A DNA stretch of 64,000 bases, taken from NCBI GenBank assembly GCA_963835575.1, contig CAWIGG010000004.1, positions 992,001 to 1,056,000 of the forward strand, written 5' to 3'. Below the pieces are notes generated by a model. The model was not told the origin of the DNA, ran no database searches, and was given only the letters and a program-made list of their open reading frames with translations. This document shows positions 21,939-34,232 of the stretch, piece by piece. Each line of letters opens with the position of its first letter. The stretch's first letter is position 1. Position numbers and translations under genes: made by a program. The DNA comes from an uncultured Spirochaetota bacterium. Lineage in GTDB: Bacteria; Spirochaetota; Brevinematia; Brevinematales; JAOACQ01.

Positions 21939-23405
21939 ATGGCAAGATTTGAAAAGAACAGCCTGGAGCAGGGTGAGTTCCTCGCGATCAATATAGGCGA
22001 GCAGTTTGATGAGAATTCCAGAGAATTTATACTAAAAGAATTCATCAAAAACCGTATTAAACTGGAGGATTTCGCGGCTTACTATAAGAACAACCATAGA
22101 GGCAGAGAGATTAAAAATCCTCGGGATGTGATCTGTGCGGTACTCTACGGTTACATTACGGGAAATCGTATCAGCCGAAAGATAGAAGATTTGCTGAAAA
22201 AACACATTGGGTTTATGTATGTTTCAAACCGGCTGAAAATTGACCATTCGGTAATTTGCGAGTTCAAGGTACTTTTTCAGGAAAAGATCGAGGAGTTGTT
22301 CAGCCAGCTTTTATATATACTCAACGAAATGGGGTCTATAGATTGGGACATGGTAGTGGGTGACGGCACAAAGATCAAGGCCTACGCGAGTAAGAATAAG
22401 AATGTGGGAAAGAAACATACCCGGAAGCTGATGGACACTTACCAGAAGATGGCGGAAAAGATTGTGAAACAAGACCTGGAACTGGAAGAATCTTACCGGG
22501 AAGGCAAGCTGGAGCAGCCTTATTACGAAGCGGAGAAGAAGCGGGTATCAAGGCGGAAAAAGATTTACGATAGTGTTTTGAACCAAATCGATGAATACAA
22601 AAAACAGGTAGAGAGAGGGGAAAAGACAGACGAAGAATTCACCAACCTGACTGATCCCGAAAGCAAGCTGATGTCTGGAAATCCGCATAGTGTGTTTATA
22701 CAGGGATATAATTCGGCGATGATGGTCAGTAATAATGATGTGATTATAGATTTTGAAGCAATCACAACACCGGAAAAACAGCATACGGAAGAAATGGTAA
22801 AGAGGGTGGAACAGAAAAAAGCGGAATTAAAAGTTGATAAGGCTAGCAAATACCTTTTTGATTCGGGTTTTCAGGACATGGAAGAGACAATCCGGATGGT
22901 GGAGGAAGGAAAAGACCTTTATGTGGATACGAAAGAGCGGGATTTCAGTGATAAATCACAGAAGCGAAGAGACTTTAAACTGGAAAAGATTGATGACGAA
23001 TATATCCTGGGATGCCGGGGCGGCCGTAAGGAAAATGGGTATTTAGATCGAAATAACCAAAGATATACATTTTTGTATTCACGGAAGGGCTGTGAAAGAT
23101 GTCCATTTTTCAGTGAGTGTTATAAAAACATCAAACCGAAAACACAGCAAAAGACAGTAATTTTCAGTGAGTTTGAATTGAATAATCGGTCTAAGATTGA
23201 TGCTTATTTAACAAAACTTTACAGCGAAGAAGGGCAAAAGATATACAACCGCAGGATAGGTAAAGAACACGTATTTTCAAACATCAAAACACAGAAGGGT
23301 TATGTTCAGACAGTTTACAGAGGTCAACGGAAAGTGAATTTGGAGCTATGCTGGGTATCCCTTGCGCATAATTTTATGAAATATGCCCAATATTTGAGAA
23401 AATAG
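21939..23405 (+). mobile_element. IS1182-family DDE transposase
   Basis: DUF772-like N-terminus (LYGY...SRKIE...FMYVS...DHSVICEF), DGTKIKAYASK, TDPES, GYN, DSGF and EHVFSNIK motifs. Terminal inverted repeats not identified. Confidence 0.85.
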
Positions 23406-23890
23406 AGAGGATTTTGTATAGTCTGAGTATCGATTATTCGAAATTTATTATTAAAATCAGCTAAGCTGACAAAATTTTTATTTGCCCGCTTATTGTAAGG
23501 GGCTGGTTTGACTCCGAAAATGAAATAACCGACAGGCAAGCTGGACAAAAGAAAGTGAACAACCTCTGGCAATAATTGCCAAGCCAATACTCTGGAGATT
23601 ATTATATCAAAATCGAATCGGGTCAAAATTTTAAAAAATAAATTTTTAAAAAGTCAAATATTTATTTGACAGACTTAAAATTACAAATTAGAATACTTCC
23701 TGTAAACGGAGCCGTGCTCCGAAAATATTTTTGCTGAAAATTTCATTTTTTCCAGGTCGGGGGAGTATTCTTATAGAGAGAAATTGAAAAGCGGGCAGCT
23801 TAAATAACCCCGTTCATAAGGCGGTATTATTTATGCTGCCGCTCTCTCATATGATAAATTTGTCGAAAGACAAAATGGCCGGAGAAAAGC

Positions 23891-26800
23891 GTGAAGCGGT
23901 GGGCGGTATTTTTAATTTTCTTTTTATTCTTTTCCTGCGACAAAATGGCCCGGGACCAGGGGGCGAAAAAACCGGAAGGCCGTTCCGACAGGGCAGCCCT
24001 GACGGAAAACGGCGGCAGGCCTCTTTTGAATGAAAAAAATGAGGAAGCGGCGCGGTTTTTAGAAAAATATCCTGTACGGAAAGGGTTTGAAAACGGGAAA
24101 GAGATTATTGCGATTGGAAATGTCAAATTCACTGGAATCGGCTTCAATAGCAGCCTCGTCAAAAAAGATCCGGAAAGCTACATCATCGAAATCCGTCAAT
24201 ATAATGATGAATACAAAGGTTATCTTGCCAAAAACGGGATAGTCATCGGCTATTATGTCCCGGATAACGAATTGATCGTCAGATGCCCGAAGGACATTCA
24301 GGAACTCAGACGGCTCAATGGAATAAAAAGCGTCATACCCTACCAGCCGTTCATGAAAATCGCGGAAGCCGACGGCGATACCGCCGGGATAAAAAAGGCC
24401 AAGGTCATGCTGTGGGAAAAAGCGGACAGGGCCTGGTTTGAGGAATACAGCCGGAAGAACGGCGTCCGAATCATGGCAAAAGCCGGCAATGATTATATGG
24501 TTGAAACGGAAGACATCAAGCCCCTGCTCTTTGAGGACAGGGTCCTGAGGGTGGAAAAGTACAGGGAGCCGGCCGTGTTTTCATTTTCGGCGAATGAGAT
24601 TGAAAAAGTTCTTACTATAAATAACCCGGCTTACTTAAGGGACGCTCCTGTTGCCGTTTCCGTTTTTGACGTCGGTGTGGACAGTTCGCAGAACAACCTT
24701 TCGGGCGCGCTGAGAAATGTCTTTGACACGGCCCTGGACGGCGACAAGGGCGAGTTTGTATCCCACGGCACGCATATCAGCGGCATCATCGCCGGGCGGG
24801 GTAATAACTCCATGGGCGGCGTATCCGGCGTCAACCCGGAAGCGAAGATTGATTTTTACGCCATGGGCGACAGCCTGAAGGGCCTCATCATACCGCCGTC
24901 GATGGCGGACCTTTTCAATACATCGATCAATAATAACGCATATATCGCCAATTTAAGCTGGGGAACATATGACGATGGAAACGAGGGGCGGTACCTGTCC
25001 ATCAGCCGCGATATCGACGAATTCATTTATGAACACCCCGGATTTATCATAATCGCCGCGGCGGGAAATAACGGCGTCAGCATCGCGTCGCCCGCGACGG
25101 CTAAAAACGTTATTTCAGTCGGCGCCCTGGACGGGAATGCCCTGGCTTCCTACTCCCCGACTAACTTCTGTTATGACGGAAGGGTCAAGCCGGACATCAC
25201 GGTACAGGGCAGCGCGGTTAATTCGCTGAACCTGAACAACGGCTACATCGTTTTAAACGGCACAAGCCAGGCGGCCGCGCTTGTCAGCGGGTTCGTATCG
25301 AAGATCTATTACGGGATGAAAATGGACTTCGGCATCAGCCCGACGCACAGCGCCGTCAAATCCGTACTGGCCGCCAGTTCCGGGGACGCTGAAACAAAAA
25401 ACGGCTACGGGTACGGCAAACTCTTCTTCAACACGCCTTTCTCAAAAAAATATTATGATATAGAGAACCTGGAAGGCCCGTCCGGCGTAATGGAATTTTC
25501 CAGATGGCTGACGAACGGCGACGAGATCAGGGCCGTACTTTCATGGACTGACCCGCCGGCGTATGAATTCGCCCTTTACGCGCTGATCGACAATTATGAA
25601 CTGGAGATCGAGACGCCCGATGGAGAGAAGATAAGGACGGGCGATCCGCTGGATAATATCAAAAAAATCACTTACCATACAACAAAGGCCGGAGTTTACT
25701 TCTTCAGGATCATTCCCGCCGGCGTCCCTCTGCCGGTCAGGGACATGACGCTGGTTGTGAGGAGCCTCGCCGGTGTTATTGAAAACCCGCCGCAGGAAAC
25801 CAATCAGAACCCGAACCCTGTTTCGGGCGGACCGCAGAGTTCGGGCAATTTGCTGGCCGATCAGGTCCTGCATGACGCTCCTTCTGATATTCAGAGCGAG
25901 GTCCAGACCATGCTTCAGGAGAACGGAAGCTCGAGCTCTCCGGCGATGAACCCGCAGAGCGGAAATAACGGCCAGACCGGCGGTGTTCCAGCCGATCCCG
26001 GCACAGCGCTCGGCGGCCTTTCCAGCGCATCGAACGCCGCGGCGGAATATCAGTTATACAGGAAATACGGAATCAACGCCTATTCCCTGCGCGGCCTTGG
26101 ATTCGATGACGTCGACTTCATCGGAGCGACTTTCAGCATTTCCAATCTGCCGGACCAGTATTTTACGGTACCGGTCAAAAGCTTTACGAATGCAAATGAT
26201 ACGAACGAAGGTTATAAAAAGGTCCAGCTCAATATCCCGGACAGCTCGGCGATCCTGAACTCTTCCCTTCTTGTCAAAAACGACAATACGCAGGAGACCA
26301 ACGCTGTTTCCGTCAAGTTCATCCTGGACAGCACAGCGCCCTCTTTCGGGGACCGCGATCCTTTGAATAACGGTATATTGACTTCGCCTTCAGCCTGGAT
26401 CGAGATCATCGATACACAGAGCGGCGTGGACACAAATTTTACCGTCAGCGTGAACGGCGCGGCCCTTTCGAACGGCCAGTACGATTATAATTACGGGAAT
26501 AATAAATTGACGCTTTATCTCGATAGGGTCCTTGTCCTGACGAACGTGAATATAGTTGACGTCCGGCTCATCAATGTCTGCGACATGGTCGGCAACGCGG
26601 CGCCGGCCGAGGAGTGGAAGTTCATCACATACATAACGAACAACACGACGCCTCCCGCGAAGCCGGAAGGGCTGACGGCCCATGTCTCGAACAGGACGGT
26701 ATTCCTGGACTGGCATGCGAACCGCGAGACGGATTTAAAAGGGTACAAAGTCTATCTTGTCAAGGGCGATTACAGTTCGTCAGAGCCGCTGACGGCGGCC

Positions 26801-29800
26801 CCTATCGCGCAGAATCATTATGAGATAAACAGGCAGAATGTGGAAATCGCCGGCGTGACGGCTCTGGACCAGGCGGGGAATGAAAGCGAAACGGCCTATG
26901 TCGATGTGAGCTATATTGATATGAATTACCCGCCGGATATTTTCATTAAAAACGTGCCGGAAAGGACTAACGGGAATGTCATCGCCGATATTCAGATACG
27001 GGATGACGGATATATCGCCATGACGAACGTCATACTGGACGCGCAGAACCTGTACGGGACCTGGTCGAACCAGGACGGCTATTTTACGATAGACGGGAAC
27101 GGACCTCATACCCTGACGGTGATTGCCCGCGATGACGACGGGAATACCGTGACGAACGCGGTCTCGTTCGAGATCGATAAAAACGCGCCCAATCCGCCGG
27201 ATTTTGTGACGTGGCAGGCGCAGAGGAAGAACGTCCTCCTGACATGGGGCGAAGTGAATAAAAACGGAAATAACTGCAGTTACCGGGTTTACCTGAATAA
27301 TCAGAACCTTGAGGAAAACTGGCCTTTGAGCAATTATACAATCTCGCCGGCAGATTACGGACGTTTCTCTATAGGCGTGAGCGCCGTCGACAGCCTGGGC
27401 AATGAAAGCGCGGTAAAGTACGTCATCGCCGATACGGAAACAGGCATTGCCGTCAATATCGGCGGAACTCTTGTCAGCGGGAATATCCATGTCGAAGCGG
27501 ATGCGCTTCTCGCTTCAACGCGCTATGACAGTCTCGGCGTCCGGTTAAGCAGCGGGAACAGCGTGAAAAACTGGGATTTCGCCGGCACGAATTATATCAA
27601 TGAGGATTTGAGTTTAGCGGGCATACCCGACGGGGATTATACATTGACCGTCTTTGTTTCCTCAAACGGCGCGCCGGTCAATACGGCCGCGTTTAATACA
27701 AACATCACCGTGGACCAGACGCCTCCGGTCATAGTTCTTGCCGACGGGAACATAACGAACACGGCGCCTTTTATGATCACGCGCAGCGATCATGTGGAAA
27801 TGATCGTGAGCGACGCGCATTACCAGTCCTGCCTTGTGAACACGGGAAATTCGGCGCCCCTCTATTATTACACAAATCATATCGGCCTTTCCATCGCCGG
27901 GGAGGCTTATATCAGCGTCCGGGCGTCCGACGCGGCCGGCAATACGCTCGAAAAGAGCTTCCGGATCGTAAGCGATACGGAGCCGCCGCTGATCGACATC
28001 GCGTACGCAGACGGCTTTATTTTTGGAAGGATTAACGACGCTTATCTAAAAGGCTACAGCCTGTATTCCGGGATGGGGCCCGATTCCATGACAAACCTGT
28101 TCTATTCCTCCGATTTTCCCGCGGACGGGATCATCTCTTCCGTTCCCTTTGGGAGCAGTACCGTAGAGGCGGTCGCATTCGACATGGCGGGGAACACAAA
28201 CACGGCTTTTGTCGATATTCCCCAGAGTAATACAACAAACGCGCCGGACTCGATCGACGAGATCCTGGTGAATAACGGGAGCGGCGTTTACTTTAACGCC
28301 CGTTCAATAGATATTTCATTCAGGGGCAGCCTGGGCGGCTTTGTCCGCTTTGATGTCTTTCAGAATAACAATCCGCTCGTTTCCTCGGGCGATATTCTCC
28401 AGCAGAGCTATACCGTCAGCGGGCTGAACGACGGGGAATACACGCTCCGCGTGAGCGGCTCGGGGCTCTGGAAGGAAAAGAATATCGTGATCGACACGCT
28501 GGGCCCTGTTATCGTCATCGGCACCAACGCTTTCGCGGGGCAGAAGATAAGCTCCGCCGTATCGATCAATGAGCCCAACCCGGCAAACACGGAATACTGG
28601 ATCATGAAAGAAGGGAGCGGCCTGGACCTGCGGCTCGCGGACCCGGACGAGCTTTTTGAACAGGGCCTGTACACCATTCAGGTCAACTGCTCCGACCTCG
28701 CCGGCAACACTGCCGAGAATACCGGGCTGGTGGAAGTCATCGACGCGAGGACGAACTGGCTCGCCGCGCACTTCACCGGCATTACGGACGGCGGATTTTA
28801 TAATTCGCCCGTCAGGCTCGGCATACTGGAAAAGGACACGGCCGTACAGTACCGGGTGAACGGCCTTCCGGGCGGGGATTATCTCGACAAAGAAGGCGTC
28901 TATTACATAGATGTCTCGGCCCGCTCGCTTGTATCGAACATGATCTACACCAACAGCGCCGGCATTACTCTTGATTTTACGCCGCCCCTTATCGTCTGCT
29001 CCATTACGGACGGAGGGTATTATCCCGCGCTTCCGCCCGTTTTCATCGACGACCGCTATTTACTGGACAAAGACATCCGGATAGACGGCATGAGCTATTC
29101 GAACGGCGATATCGGCGACGGCCTTCATTCCATCATGGTCCGGGCATGGGACAGGGCGGGCAACTCGAACAGCTTCGCGGCTTCCTTTAATATAGACACG
29201 GAACCGCCCTCGGTCAGCGTCCAGCCTGCGGACGGTTCCTATACGCAGATAAATTTAACGGTCAGCGCGGACGACGGCGGCGGGATCGCCGGCATGGAAT
29301 ACTCCGTCAACGGGAAAAGCTTCCCGGCGAACGGCTCTTTTGACAGCGAGGGCGATTATTTCCTGACCGTGACGGCTTCCGACAGGGCGGGCAACCAGAC
29401 CTCCGTTTCCAGGTATTATTCCATCGACAGGACGCCTCCGGTGATCGCGCTGAATATAGAAGACGGCGGGTATTACGGAACAAACCTTGTCGTTGCAGGA
29501 ATGAACCAGGACCTTCATCCTTCAACGCTTGATATTTACATAGACGGGTTGAAATACACCGGCTTCGGGATCAATACCGAAGGGCCGCATACCCTCCGCG
29601 CGGCGGCTTCCGACAGGGCCGGCAATTCCTCCGTGAAAGAGGCGCGTTTTATCATCGACGGGACGCCGCCTTTGATCTCTGTGAGCGGCGTCGAAAATAA
29701 CGGCGCGTACAAAATGCCGGTTTCTTATTCCGTCAGCGTTTCCGACCCGAATATCGACAGCTCTGAAATCCTTCTGGACGGCGAGACGGCGCCGATGACG

Positions 29801-32800
29801 GGCTCCGCCGGCACGGAAGGCGACCATCTCCTGAGGATCACGGCAAGGGACAAAGCCGGCAATACAAGCATAAAGGAGATCAATTTCTACTGCGGCGAAA
29901 CACTGCCTCTGCTGGCGATATCGGGCGTGCAGAACGGGATGAGCTACGGCGGCGCCGTGGAATACAGGGTCGAAAAAACAACGTCGGATGTTTTCGACAT
30001 CCATGTCGTTCTGAACGGCGCGGACGCTGCGGAGAACGGCTCCTGCGCAGACGAGGGGACATATACGCTGACGGCGAGTGCGCATGACGCAAGCCTGAAT
30101 TACTTTGAAAGGACAATCCGTTTTAATATCGATAAAACGCCCCCGCGATTTGTCATAACCGGGATTTCTGACGGCGGGTTTTATAACCATCCGGCCGTCT
30201 ACAGCTTCGGCGCGCTGGACGCTAACGGCGCGGACATCGCGGCGTACCATAACGGGGCTCCTATACCTGCGAACGGGACGCTGGACGGCGAGGGGGGCCA
30301 TTCCGTCCGGCTTACGGCTTCCGACATGGCCGGGAACAGGAGCGAAACGAACATCTCTTTTGTCATCGACAGGACCGGGCCGCGCATCAGCATCATAGGC
30401 GCGGAGGACGGCGTCATATACAGGACAAGCCGGTATATCGAGATCGGCATCGACGAAGCGAACCTCGATCATTATTCGGTAAAGATAAACGGCGACGAGA
30501 CGAACGCGACTAATCTCCTGATCTCCGCGGACGGGACATTCAGCCTGGATGTGACGGCGTACGATAAAGCGGGCAACACGGCGGAGGAGCAGGCGAAATT
30601 CATGGTCGATTTGACCCCCCCGCAGATCAGCCTGGAAGACTTTTCGCCATGCATGAATAACCTCAACGCCGGGATCCATATCGCGGACAGCGAGGTTTTC
30701 AATCAATTTTATATCTACCTGAACGGATCGACCGTCATGCGGGCGTCGAACATCGCGGCGGCCGAAACCAATATTTACCTGAGGGACCTTATGATAAACG
30801 GCAGTCCGGCCGTAAGCGGGGACGGGAATTACACGCTGGAAGCCATAGCGATAGACAGGGCGGGCAACCCGGCCGACACGCGCGTCCAGGGCTTTATTTA
30901 CGACACAACCCCGCCGGCGCTGTATTCGCTCTATCCCCCGGACGGCGCGGTGCTGACAAGGGCGGACGTCAGGGCCGTCGTGATGGACCAAAATCTTCAG
31001 AGCGCCTCTGTCTATTTGAACGGCTCGCTCGCGGCGAGCGTGAACAGCGATACGAACATGATCACGCTTCTGCCCGGAGCTGTCACGGCCGAGGGCGTCT
31101 ACCATATGCAGGTGTCCGCGATTGACAAAGCGGGCAATCAGTCCGCCACAAACACCGTTTTTATCATTGATAATACGCCGCCAATCATAACCGTGAACGG
31201 CATTACGCCGGGCGGCTGGTACAACGGAGGCAGGCCCATTACTATTACTAACCTGGACGCGAACCTCGGGGCGTATTACATCACCGACGATTGCCATTAC
31301 ACAAACGGCTGGACGCCATACGCCCATTCAGGCAGCAACGCTGACGGGGTATATTCTTTCAATTCCGCGAATGAAGGCGCCCATACTTTAACGGTGACGG
31401 CCAGCAACAAGGCGGGCTTAATAACGACGACAAATATTGTTTATTATATTGACGAGCATAGCCCGGAATTATGGATAAGAGGCGGCGTTGATATTACGAA
31501 TGGCGGGTTCTACCGCAATGATCCGGGTTTAACCGCCGAAATATTTGATAACATGAACAGTTATGCAATTCCGAATGCCATAGAATCAATCAACCTATGG
31601 GTGTCTTACAGTAATGCCGCAGGATGGGCCGATTATGAAAACTGGACAAATCTCGGAACATATACCCTCGCTCTTTCCGTGAACAAAACTTACAATATCG
31701 GCGCCAGGGCTGTTGATAAAGCCGGGAACGCGTTAATAACCAACATAATTATTACTTTAGATTCAATCCCGCCGGATATCGCCGTTACAGGCGTTACAGA
31801 CAGCGGGAAATATAACAGCAACAGGTTTATAAACGTTACGCTTTCGGACGATTACCTGGACCCCACCCGGTGCCTTGTCCGGCTTGACGGCGCCGATCAG
31901 GGGCCTCTGGCGCTGGCCGGAAGAGACCTGACAATGAACGTTCCGGACAGCCGGGAATCAAGCAATAAGGAACTGTTTGTCGAGGCCTTTGACAGGGCGG
32001 GGAATTCGAACATCAGGGACATTCATTACATGCTCGATATGACCCGGCCGTCTGATGTGGTTTTTGCAGGCATCACCAACGGCGCGCTGACGAACGGCGG
32101 CTGGCTCGGTATGACGTCCGCGGACGCGTGCTCGGGAGTGGAATGGCTTTTCTATACGATAAACGGCATTGAATTCTCTAATAATAATTCGGCATGCAGT
32201 AATCATTTCGGAACGAACGATTCCCCGGCCGCTGTTTTTGATAATAACGGCACGAACAATATAAGCGCTTACGCTGTTGATTACTGCTCGAACCATTCCG
32301 CGACAAACTATATGTCATTCATGTTGGACACGATTTCGCCGCAAGTCGCAATAGAAGGCTGGGACAGCATCAGCAATTATTATTCTACAAATAATATTAC
32401 ACAGAATATCGATACGAATACCAGTTTCCGGTTCCGGGTTATAGTCAATGACAATTATCTTCTGAATACGGTCACCGTCTTTGAAAATTCAAACCCGCTG
32501 GGCACACTGTCTATAACCGGCTCCTCTTTCACGAATGTTTATACCGGGCACACATTTGACGGGAATTGCGGGCCTTTTGACATCACTGTCAACGCTTCCG
32601 ACAGGGCCGGAAACCTGACAACCAATAAAACATTTAAATATAGTTTTCAGGATGATACACCGCCGCAAATTATTGTCATGAACTCAAACCAGTTGGTCCA
32701 GGACAGCGGTTTTTACGCCTCAAGGACGAATTTTACGGGCCTTGTCCAGATCTATGATTCCGGAGGAATTGACTATTCAACTCTCAGGCTGTCCGGTTCA

Positions 32801-33418
32801 AGATACCAGTCCGGCGACAGCGCGACGAACGCGTTTTCTTCATTCAGCCTTGTTTCGAACAGCTGGTCCAACTGCACCGTCATTGTTCCCTGCGGCGGCA
32901 ATAATATGCAGGAGACGGTTTACCAGCTGTCTGTTGAAGTGTCAAACAAGAGCAAATGTTTTACCAGCAACGATATCATGTTCCTGGTGGATGAAAAGCC
33001 GCCGGAAGTTACAGTTTCAGGATTTTCTCATTACGGAGGTGTTACAAACTCAATGATCTGTTATATGGGCGGCTCATGTTCTATATATGATATAGCTCAA
33101 AATAGCAGTTTTTGTTATAACGGGCCCCAAAGCTGTCCTGTAACTATTGAAGTTTTCGATTCATTAAGCTGTCATGGTTCTTTTAACTTTTCTGCCATTA
33201 ATAGTAATAACACGGTTTCTTTTAATATTGCTCCCACATATAGCGTGGTAGAAGGAGGCATGTTTAATTTTGGCACACTCAATTATGCGTATAGTTTAAG
33301 AATAATTGACGCTGTCGGGAACACAAATTATTTAAGTGACTCTGATACGAGTTATTGGATTATTTCAAATACAACATGCGGTAATTCATCTGGGAGCGGG
33401 GGGGGGAGTGGTCTGTAA
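23891..33418 (+). CDS. Giant lipoprotein: S8 (subtilisin-like) protease plus FN3/Ig-like repeats
   Basis: Lipobox-like FFSC. Catalytic D (FDVG), H (HGTH) and S (GTSQA), plus AAGN and ATAKNVISVGA. Many 'A.D.AGN...ID.TPP' Ig-like repeats. Confidence 0.85.
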   Translation: MKRWAVFLIFFLFFSCDKMARDQGAKKPEGRSDRAALTENGGRPLLNEKNEEAARFLEKYPVRKGFENGKEIIAIGNVKFTGIGFNSSLVKKDPESYIIEIRQYNDEYKGYLAKNGIVIGYYVPDNELIVRCPKDIQELRRLNGIKSVIPYQPFMKIAEADGDTAGIKKAKVMLWEKADRAWFEEYSRKNGVRIMAKAGNDYMVETEDIKPLLFEDRVLRVEKYREPAVFSFSANEIEKVLTINNPAYLRDAPVAVSVFDVGVDSSQNNLSGALRNVFDTALDGDKGEFVSHGTHISGIIAGRGNNSMGGVSGVNPEAKIDFYAMGDSLKGLIIPPSMADLFNTSINNNAYIANLSWGTYDDGNEGRYLSISRDIDEFIYEHPGFIIIAAAGNNGVSIASPATAKNVISVGALDGNALASYSPTNFCYDGRVKPDITVQGSAVNSLNLNNGYIVLNGTSQAAALVSGFVSKIYYGMKMDFGISPTHSAVKSVLAASSGDAETKNGYGYGKLFFNTPFSKKYYDIENLEGPSGVMEFSRWLTNGDEIRAVLSWTDPPAYEFALYALIDNYELEIETPDGEKIRTGDPLDNIKKITYHTTKAGVYFFRIIPAGVPLPVRDMTLVVRSLAGVIENPPQETNQNPNPVSGGPQSSGNLLADQVLHDAPSDIQSEVQTMLQENGSSSSPAMNPQSGNNGQTGGVPADPGTALGGLSSASNAAAEYQLYRKYGINAYSLRGLGFDDVDFIGATFSISNLPDQYFTVPVKSFTNANDTNEGYKKVQLNIPDSSAILNSSLLVKNDNTQETNAVSVKFILDSTAPSFGDRDPLNNGILTSPSAWIEIIDTQSGVDTNFTVSVNGAALSNGQYDYNYGNNKLTLYLDRVLVLTNVNIVDVRLINVCDMVGNAAPAEEWKFITYITNNTTPPAKPEGLTAHVSNRTVFLDWHANRETDLKGYKVYLVKGDYSSSEPLTAAPIAQNHYEINRQNVEIAGVTALDQAGNESETAYVDVSYIDMNYPPDIFIKNVPERTNGNVIADIQIRDDGYIAMTNVILDAQNLYGTWSNQDGYFTIDGNGPHTLTVIARDDDGNTVTNAVSFEIDKNAPNPPDFVTWQAQRKNVLLTWGEVNKNGNNCSYRVYLNNQNLEENWPLSNYTISPADYGRFSIGVSAVDSLGNESAVKYVIADTETGIAVNIGGTLVSGNIHVEADALLASTRYDSLGVRLSSGNSVKNWDFAGTNYINEDLSLAGIPDGDYTLTVFVSSNGAPVNTAAFNTNITVDQTPPVIVLADGNITNTAPFMITRSDHVEMIVSDAHYQSCLVNTGNSAPLYYYTNHIGLSIAGEAYISVRASDAAGNTLEKSFRIVSDTEPPLIDIAYADGFIFGRINDAYLKGYSLYSGMGPDSMTNLFYSSDFPADGIISSVPFGSSTVEAVAFDMAGNTNTAFVDIPQSNTTNAPDSIDEILVNNGSGVYFNARSIDISFRGSLGGFVRFDVFQNNNPLVSSGDILQQSYTVSGLNDGEYTLRVSGSGLWKEKNIVIDTLGPVIVIGTNAFAGQKISSAVSINEPNPANTEYWIMKEGSGLDLRLADPDELFEQGLYTIQVNCSDLAGNTAENTGLVEVIDARTNWLAAHFTGITDGGFYNSPVRLGILEKDTAVQYRVNGLPGGDYLDKEGVYYIDVSARSLVSNMIYTNSAGITLDFTPPLIVCSITDGGYYPALPPVFIDDRYLLDKDIRIDGMSYSNGDIGDGLHSIMVRAWDRAGNSNSFAASFNIDTEPPSVSVQPADGSYTQINLTVSADDGGGIAGMEYSVNGKSFPANGSFDSEGDYFLTVTASDRAGNQTSVSRYYSIDRTPPVIALNIEDGGYYGTNLVVAGMNQDLHPSTLDIYIDGLKYTGFGINTEGPHTLRAAASDRAGNSSVKEARFIIDGTPPLISVSGVENNGAYKMPVSYSVSVSDPNIDSSEILLDGETAPMTGSAGTEGDHLLRITARDKAGNTSIKEINFYCGETLPLLAISGVQNGMSYGGAVEYRVEKTTSDVFDIHVVLNGADAAENGSCADEGTYTLTASAHDASLNYFERTIRFNIDKTPPRFVITGISDGGFYNHPAVYSFGALDANGADIAAYHNGAPIPANGTLDGEGGHSVRLTASDMAGNRSETNISFVIDRTGPRISIIGAEDGVIYRTSRYIEIGIDEANLDHYSVKINGDETNATNLLISADGTFSLDVTAYDKAGNTAEEQAKFMVDLTPPQISLEDFSPCMNNLNAGIHIADSEVFNQFYIYLNGSTVMRASNIAAAETNIYLRDLMINGSPAVSGDGNYTLEAIAIDRAGNPADTRVQGFIYDTTPPALYSLYPPDGAVLTRADVRAVVMDQNLQSASVYLNGSLAASVNSDTNMITLLPGAVTAEGVYHMQVSAIDKAGNQSATNTVFIIDNTPPIITVNGITPGGWYNGGRPITITNLDANLGAYYITDDCHYTNGWTPYAHSGSNADGVYSFNSANEGAHTLTVTASNKAGLITTTNIVYYIDEHSPELWIRGGVDITNGGFYRNDPGLTAEIFDNMNSYAIPNAIESINLWVSYSNAAGWADYENWTNLGTYTLALSVNKTYNIGARAVDKAGNALITNIIITLDSIPPDIAVTGVTDSGKYNSNRFINVTLSDDYLDPTRCLVRLDGADQGPLALAGRDLTMNVPDSRESSNKELFVEAFDRAGNSNIRDIHYMLDMTRPSDVVFAGITNGALTNGGWLGMTSADACSGVEWLFYTINGIEFSNNNSACSNHFGTNDSPAAVFDNNGTNNISAYAVDYCSNHSATNYMSFMLDTISPQVAIEGWDSISNYYSTNNITQNIDTNTSFRFRVIVNDNYLLNTVTVFENSNPLGTLSITGSSFTNVYTGHTFDGNCGPFDITVNASDRAGNLTTNKTFKYSFQDDTPPQIIVMNSNQLVQDSGFYASRTNFTGLVQIYDSGGIDYSTLRLSGSRYQSGDSATNAFSSFSLVSNSWSNCTVIVPCGGNNMQETVYQLSVEVSNKSKCFTSNDIMFLVDEKPPEVTVSGFSHYGGVTNSMICYMGGSCSIYDIAQNSSFCYNGPQSCPVTIEVFDSLSCHGSFNFSAINSNNTVSFNIAPTYSVVEGGMFNFGTLNYAYSLRIIDAVGNTNYLSDSDTSYWIISNTTCGNSSGSGGGSGL

Positions 33419-33581
33419 ATTCTGTTTTTAATGAAGAGAGCATCTTGTTTTTGGAGGTCTGCCGAAAACTGTGCGAGGGCAGGCAGTAAAAGAGAAGACA
33501 AGACACTTGCAATGACAGACATGGCGGCGAGACACTTAGATTAAAGTTTACAATTAAACAAAATAGAGGAGGACACATTTT

Positions 33582-34169
33582 ATGGATTGGAGAAAAACAG
33601 CTTTAGTTACCGTGGTTATGGGGACAATATTGGTGTTATTGACAGTATCATGCGCCTCGGCGCCCGGTGGAAGCGGGAACGGAGGCGGGAGTTCCGGCGG
33701 CCTTGACCTGACCGGTGAATGGTTAGACCCGCAAGTGGATCAAATGACAAACGGAACTATTTATACAAATTACTTTGGAGCTTTTATCGGTGATACTCTT
33801 GAAATAAAGAGCGATAATAATATAAATTTAAAATTTTATAATAATATTGGGTCAATAAATCTTATTTATACGGCGACAAATTACGCTAAAATCGTTGTAG
33901 ATGAAGCCAATAAAACTATTACGCTTTGCGGGAATGGCCTTTTTACGAATATATATATTGATCCATTTGAAACTAATACTAATATCTATTATTTTACCAA
34001 TACTTGGACCTGTACAACAATATCATCTACAACAATTCATATTACGAATGTTGTGAAGAACAGATCTTATTTAATGTATGATGATGTGGCTTCGAATTTT
34101 GTAACTAATTTTAATAGCGTGGGTTATGGAAGCGAATATTTATTTACTGAAGAGGGTAAGCTGCCTTAA
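33582..34169 (+). CDS. Hypothetical lipoprotein
   Basis: Lipobox LTVSC, Gly-rich tether, GGAGG RBS. Confidence 0.75.
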   Translation: MDWRKTALVTVVMGTILVLLTVSCASAPGGSGNGGGSSGGLDLTGEWLDPQVDQMTNGTIYTNYFGAFIGDTLEIKSDNNINLKFYNNIGSINLIYTATNYAKIVVDEANKTITLCGNGLFTNIYIDPFETNTNIYYFTNTWTCTTISSTTIHITNVVKNRSYLMYDDVASNFVTNFNSVGYGSEYLFTEEGKLP

Positions 34170-34232
34170 TTCGAAAAAATTGAATTTTTAACGGAATTGA
34201 GAACGGGTATTACTATAAAGTTTGATTTATGT

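Noticed and set aside
29522..31327. 601-aa minus-strand ORF, and similar antisense ORFs in rpoB, rpoC, hydG and Rhs
   Set aside because: Shadow ORFs opposite well-supported genes with GC-biased codons.
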